Below, one piece after another: positions 15,432 through 19,237 of a stretch of 19,237 nt of DNA. The translations under genes were made by a program, and so were the position numbers. Position 1 is the first letter of the stretch; every line of letters begins with the position of its first letter. The DNA is taken from positions 1 to 19,237 of the forward strand of contig JBDGSL010000075.1 in the NCBI GenBank assembly GCA_042217555.1. The letters are read 5' to 3'. The stretch is from Candidatus Nanohalobium sp. GTDB lineage: Archaea; Nanohalarchaeota; Nanosalinia; Nanosalinales; Nanosalinaceae. The notes beneath the pieces were generated by a model. It ran no database searches, was not told the origin of the DNA, and was given only the letters and a program-made list of their open reading frames with translations.

Positions 15432-15677
15432 ATGTCCCATGGTCGTTCACTCAGTGAGAAACTGGAGCATTCTACATTGCTGGATCTGCTGAGTATAGGT
15501 GTATACATCTATTTTGGACTGGTTTCGTACAGCAACCTGGGTTACAGCAGGGATCAGCTTATGTCGGTTTCGTTTAACCCTACTGTCGTAGCGGTTCAGC
15601 TGGCTGGCCTGCTTGTACTTGTAAACCTGGGGTTCCTTCTTCACGACCGTTTCTCCGGTAGGGATTCTCCTTACTGA
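15432..15677 (+). CDS. Small membrane protein with two TM helices
   Basis: ATG at 15432, two hydrophobic segments. Confidence 0.6.
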   Translation: MSHGRSLSEKLEHSTLLDLLSIGVYIYFGLVSYSNLGYSRDQLMSVSFNPTVVAVQLAGLLVLVNLGFLLHDRFSGRDSPY

Positions 15678-16090
15678 ATGAAGTCCACAAGTTCTCTGAA
15701 TCGGCCCTCAGGGATCCTGCTGGACACAAGCCCGTCCATGTAGAAACCGCAGCCTATAACCCTGTCACGGAACTTTAACGCTACATAGCCTTTGGATTCA
15801 AGTTCTCTCTCGATCATCTCTCCTTCTTCAAGACTGAAAAGTTCCTCCTCTGATATCTCTACCGTGTTACGGGTTATCTCGTTCTGTAATACTTGGAGCA
15901 GGTAAGTGGTAGGCTTCAAACCTATGTCCATGTCTCTGACTGCACGTATACCTCTGGTCTCGGTTTCAAGTCCTGTCTTTTCCGTTGAGGTCAGCCAGTA
16001 ATCGCCGTTTATCTTCTCGAGGTTGACCTCCCGGCTTACCCCGAACCTGTCCGTGAGGTATATTTCAGCTTTATTTTGAGAGCCTGGCAA
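15671..16090 (-). CDS. NIP7/PUA-like partner of the RsmB/NOP methyltransferase
   Basis: YLTDRFG, GIRAVR, KPTTYLLQ, GYVALKF...IGCGFY...SRIPEGR; start codon uncertain (TTG). Confidence 0.7.
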   Translation of the reverse strand: MPGSQNKAEIYLTDRFGVSREVNLEKINGDYWLTSTEKTGLETETRGIRAVRDMDIGLKPTTYLLQVLQNEITRNTVEISEEELFSLEEGEMIERELESKGYVALKFRDRVIGCGFYMDGLVSSRIPEGRFRELVDFIQ

Positions 16091-16937
16091 CGTATATCAC
16101 CCCTGACTTCAAGTGGTGTGGCAGGACCCGGACAGTATTTCTGGCCTTAGGATAGCTTTCTTCCTCAAAGCTTTCAACCCCTCTTACATGCTCTGCATCC
16201 GTCTCCACATCTTCCAGTCTGAGCTCTGTATTCTCAACCACGTCAGTCACCACGCCTTCGTTCTCCACCGGTGATATAGTACAGGTAGAATACACCACTG
16301 TACCTCCATCCTTAACAAGTTTACCGGCCTTCTCCAACAACTGTCTCTGTAGACGTGAAAGATCCTGGCTTTCCTCTCTATCAGCAGCACTGAAATCCCG
16401 GTAATAACTGTCGCCCTCCCCACTGCACGGTGCATCCACGAGAACCCGGTCGAACTTCTCGTCTTCTGGGATGTTCCTGCCGTCGTAGTTCGTTGCCTCG
16501 ACAATCTTCGACCCGGTCCTGTACACGTTAGCATGAAGACTCTTCATCCTCTTCCCCGAAGAATCATTCGCCACAACCAATCCTTGATTATCCATTTTAG
16601 CGGCTATCTGCGTTGACTTTCCGCCGGGAGCAGCACACATGTCCAGAACTTTCTCACCGGGTTGAGGGTCCAGAACATCAACAGGTAAAGCCGCAGACTC
16701 TTCCTGGACGTAGTACTCGCCACGCCAGTGCAGCAAAGTTTTTCCCGGCAACTCAGAACTCACACGGTAAATCTTCTTGTTCCAGGAGGCTTGTTCGTAG
16801 TCAAAGCTTTCTCCCAGTCTCTCCTTAAAATCACTGCGGGCCTTCAACGGGTTTCTCCGAATGCCCTGCAGCGGGTGATTCCCTGACTGCTGCTTGAAGG
16901 CCTCCCAGTTGTCGATTATGGGTTTGTATTTTTCCAT
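16071..16937 (-). CDS. RsmB/NOP2 family RNA (cytosine-C5) methyltransferase
   Basis: YYVQEESA, VLDMCAAPGGKS, FDRVLVDAPCSGEG, VYSTCT...ENE; both catalytic Cys present. Confidence 0.95.
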   Translation of the reverse strand: MEKYKPIIDNWEAFKQQSGNHPLQGIRRNPLKARSDFKERLGESFDYEQASWNKKIYRVSSELPGKTLLHWRGEYYVQEESAALPVDVLDPQPGEKVLDMCAAPGGKSTQIAAKMDNQGLVVANDSSGKRMKSLHANVYRTGSKIVEATNYDGRNIPEDEKFDRVLVDAPCSGEGDSYYRDFSAADREESQDLSRLQRQLLEKAGKLVKDGGTVVYSTCTISPVENEGVVTDVVENTELRLEDVETDAEHVRGVESFEEESYPKARNTVRVLPHHLKSGVIYVARLSK

Positions 16938-16976
16938 AGGATATTCTGGCCTTGAAGTCTTTTGAAAGAGGTTTCT

Positions 16977-17140
16977 TCACCTTTGATCATATAGGTTGAG
17001 AGTGTAGTCGGCGCCCAGCCAGGCAGTTGTGGAGTCTGCCTCGTAGATTATCTCTCTGTCTCCCAGGGCTTATCTATGGGGGTGTAGTTCAGGAGGTCTG
17101 CTATCTCGTCTTCTTTGACAAGCTGTCCGATGCTTTCTCT
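16977..17140 (-). pseudogene. Possible remnant of a small haloarchaeal-type protein
   Basis: EDEIADLLNYTPIDK, then in another frame LGDREIIYEADSTTAWLGADYTLNLYDQR*; no start codon found. Confidence 0.3.
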
Positions 17141-17163
17141 TCCCTGGTTAGCTGAAATTGGTA

Positions 17164-17730
17164 TTAGAGATCGCCCAGTTTCTGTTGTCCTGTGTCTTCT
17201 TTCCCGAATGCTTTCCTCAAGTCTTTTTCCAGGTCTGGTGTCTTGCTGCGGTCGTAGAGCGTGGCCGCAGGATGGTAGACCGGCATGATTTTTCTTCCGT
17301 TTCTTGTGAAGATCCTGCCGTGTATACTGCTGATGCCTTTCGAAGTGTCGAGCATTTCACGGGATGGGAAGTTGCCGAGCGTGACGATGATATCAGGGTC
17401 GACTTCCTCAATCTCTTTTTCAAGTAGCGGCGCCCAGGCCTCTATCTCCTCCTTCTTTGGGTCACGGTTGTCGGGAGGCCGGATCTTCACCAGGTTGGTG
17501 ATGTAGAGATCGCTTCTCTCCACGTCGATGTCGTGAAGGATGTCGTTCATTTTTTCTCCTGCCCGGCCGACGAATGGTTCTCCCTGTTCTACTTCATTGG
17601 CTCCTGGTGCTTCTCCTATGAGCATGAAGTCTGCGTCTTCCGGGCCGGTCGCGGGCACGAACCGTTTTTCGTCCATGTGTTCGGGTGAAAGGCTCTGGAA
17701 GAAGTCGCTGTACTTTTCCCTGAAGTCCAT
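17164..17730 (-). CDS. udg: Uracil-DNA glycosylase, family 4-like, cysteine-free
   Basis: IGEAPGANE...[31 protein letters not shown]. Confidence 0.92.
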   Translation of the reverse strand: MDFREKYSDFFQSLSPEHMDEKRFVPATGPEDADFMLIGEAPGANEVEQGEPFVGRAGEKMNDILHDIDVERSDLYITNLVKIRPPDNRDPKKEEIEAWAPLLEKEIEEVDPDIIVTLGNFPSREMLDTSKGISSIHGRIFTRNGRKIMPVYHPAATLYDRSKTPDLEKDLRKAFGKEDTGQQKLGDL

Positions 17731-17812
17731 GTTGAACGGTTTTCTATTCCAGTTTTTTATCCTTCTTCCGGGTCGGTGGTTTTAAGTTGGTGGAGGCCGT
17801 TTTCAGTTGTTT

Positions 17813-19171
17813 ATGAAAGAGTTTGATCTTGTGGTTGTGGGTTCTGGTTCGGGTCTGGATGTCGCTTCAGCGTATGTCAGGAAAGGCATGGATGTCGCGG
17901 TTGTTGAGAAAGGTTCTCTGGGAGGTACCTGTCTTAACAGGGGTTGTATACCGTCTAAGATGCTTTTGCATAGGGCTGACGTTGTTGACACTGTTGAGAG
18001 TTCGGAGAGGTTCGGTGTAGATGCCGAGGTCAGAGATGTTGATTTCCAGGGTATTGTGGAAAGGGTTAACGAGGATGTGTCAGGCGATGCGGAGAGCATC
18101 CGGGAGGGTCTGGAAAGTTCTGAAGGCCATACTCTTTACAGTTCTGAGGCCTGTTTTGTGGATGACAGGGTTCTGGAAGTTGGAGGGGAGAGGATAACCG
18201 GTGACAGGATCGTGGTGGCTGCGGGTTCACGGCCGTTCATCCCTCCGATTGAGGGCCTTGAGGATGTGGATTACATTACGAGCAGGGAGGCTTTGAAGCT
18301 GGAGGAGCGTCCTGACAAGATAGTTATGCTGGGCGGAGGTTACATCACCATGGAGCTTGCCTACTTCTACAGCAGGATGGGTTCGGATGTCAGTATAATT
18401 GAAAGAAATGACAGACTGCTTTCCCAGGAAGACCGGGATGTCTCAGAGAAGTTAACCGGTATCGCAGAGGAAGAGTACGACGTGTATCTCGATGCAGAGG
18501 CCTCCAGGGTAGAGGAAACGGACGGCAGGGTGAAGGTGCATCTCGAGGATGAAGTGGTTGAAGGCGATGAACTGCTGGTAGCAACCGGTAGACAGCCTAA
18601 CACTGACTTGCTGAATGTGGAGGAGACAGGTATAGAGACCGATAGGAAGGGTTTTATACAGGTGGATGAGCATATGGAGACCTCGGTAGACGGAGTGTAC
18701 GCACTGGGAGATATCGCTGACAACTGGATGTTCAAACACTCAGCCAACCTGGAGGCAGAGTACGTTACGTACAACTCGCTTCAGGGCAACGAACACGCTC
18801 TGCCCGATATTGAGATGCCTCATGCAGTGTTCACAGATCCACAGGTGGCAGGAATCGGGAAGACTGAGCAGGAACTGGAAGACGGGTACATCTCCGCTAC
18901 CTATAATTACTCAGATACAGCCATGGGTATGGCGATGAAGACAGATGGTTTCGTGAAGGTTCTGGCCTCGGAGGAAGGAGAGATACTGGGCTGTCACATC
19001 ATCGGCCCTGAGGCATCCACGTTGATACATGAGGTTCTTGTCTCGATGCACGCCGGTTCAAAGAACGTAGCAGACATACAGAACACTGTCCACATACACC
19101 CGGCTCTCAACGAAGTAGTGCAGAGAGCGTTTGACCGGATACGTAGACAGGTGTCAACTACCACCACCTAA
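17813..19171 (+). CDS. Dihydrolipoamide dehydrogenase-family pyridine nucleotide-disulfide oxidoreductase
   Basis: GSGSG FAD motif, GGTCLNRGCIPSK redox pair, GGGYI, ATGRQPN, YALGD, HIHPALNE. Confidence 0.93.
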   Translation: MKEFDLVVVGSGSGLDVASAYVRKGMDVAVVEKGSLGGTCLNRGCIPSKMLLHRADVVDTVESSERFGVDAEVRDVDFQGIVERVNEDVSGDAESIREGLESSEGHTLYSSEACFVDDRVLEVGGERITGDRIVVAAGSRPFIPPIEGLEDVDYITSREALKLEERPDKIVMLGGGYITMELAYFYSRMGSDVSIIERNDRLLSQEDRDVSEKLTGIAEEEYDVYLDAEASRVEETDGRVKVHLEDEVVEGDELLVATGRQPNTDLLNVEETGIETDRKGFIQVDEHMETSVDGVYALGDIADNWMFKHSANLEAEYVTYNSLQGNEHALPDIEMPHAVFTDPQVAGIGKTEQELEDGYISATYNYSDTAMGMAMKTDGFVKVLASEEGEILGCHIIGPEASTLIHEVLVSMHAGSKNVADIQNTVHIHPALNEVVQRAFDRIRRQVSTTTT

Positions 19172-19237
19172 TCAGAGATTAGGAAGGGGCTTGCTTACAT
19201 GGTGACCAACATGCAGAGACAGTTTAATTACCAGTCG

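Overview
Archaeal chromosomal segment. The acidic proteome, compact intergenic spaces, stand-alone 5S rRNA, eS1/uS15 and oapABC are most consistent with a halophilic DPANN archaeon such as Nanohaloarchaeota (inference). Housekeeping content: oapABC/arvABC GTPase operon, NUDIX, glutaredoxin, msrA, rps3ae, RecJ/GAN-like DHH protein, rps15, SNase, 5S rRNA, RsmB/NOP methyltransferase plus PUA-like partner, family-4 UDG and a dihydrolipoamide dehydrogenase-family oxidoreductase. There are three minus-strand tRNA genes, Thr(UGU), Ile(GAU) and Lys(CUU), each with a 37/38 intron. The most unusual signal is that these introns contain short perfect palindromes (7-9 bp stem, 3-4 nt loop), packed end to end in the Ile intron. 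Modules are shared between different introns and with a non-intronic hairpin array at 7807-7928. That array abuts a 12-bp duplicate of the tRNA-Lys 3' end, which bounds a decayed ~1.9-kb AT-rich island carrying an integrase-like remnant, two tandem RimJ/RimL GNATs and an unannotated 39-aa acidic peptide gene. Other oddities: a class I LysRS catalytic-domain-only paralog, a degenerate mini-ThiI-like protein, a pore-less voltage-sensor-like membrane protein, a cysteine-free family-4 UDG, and inactivated HEPN and PIN toxin genes.
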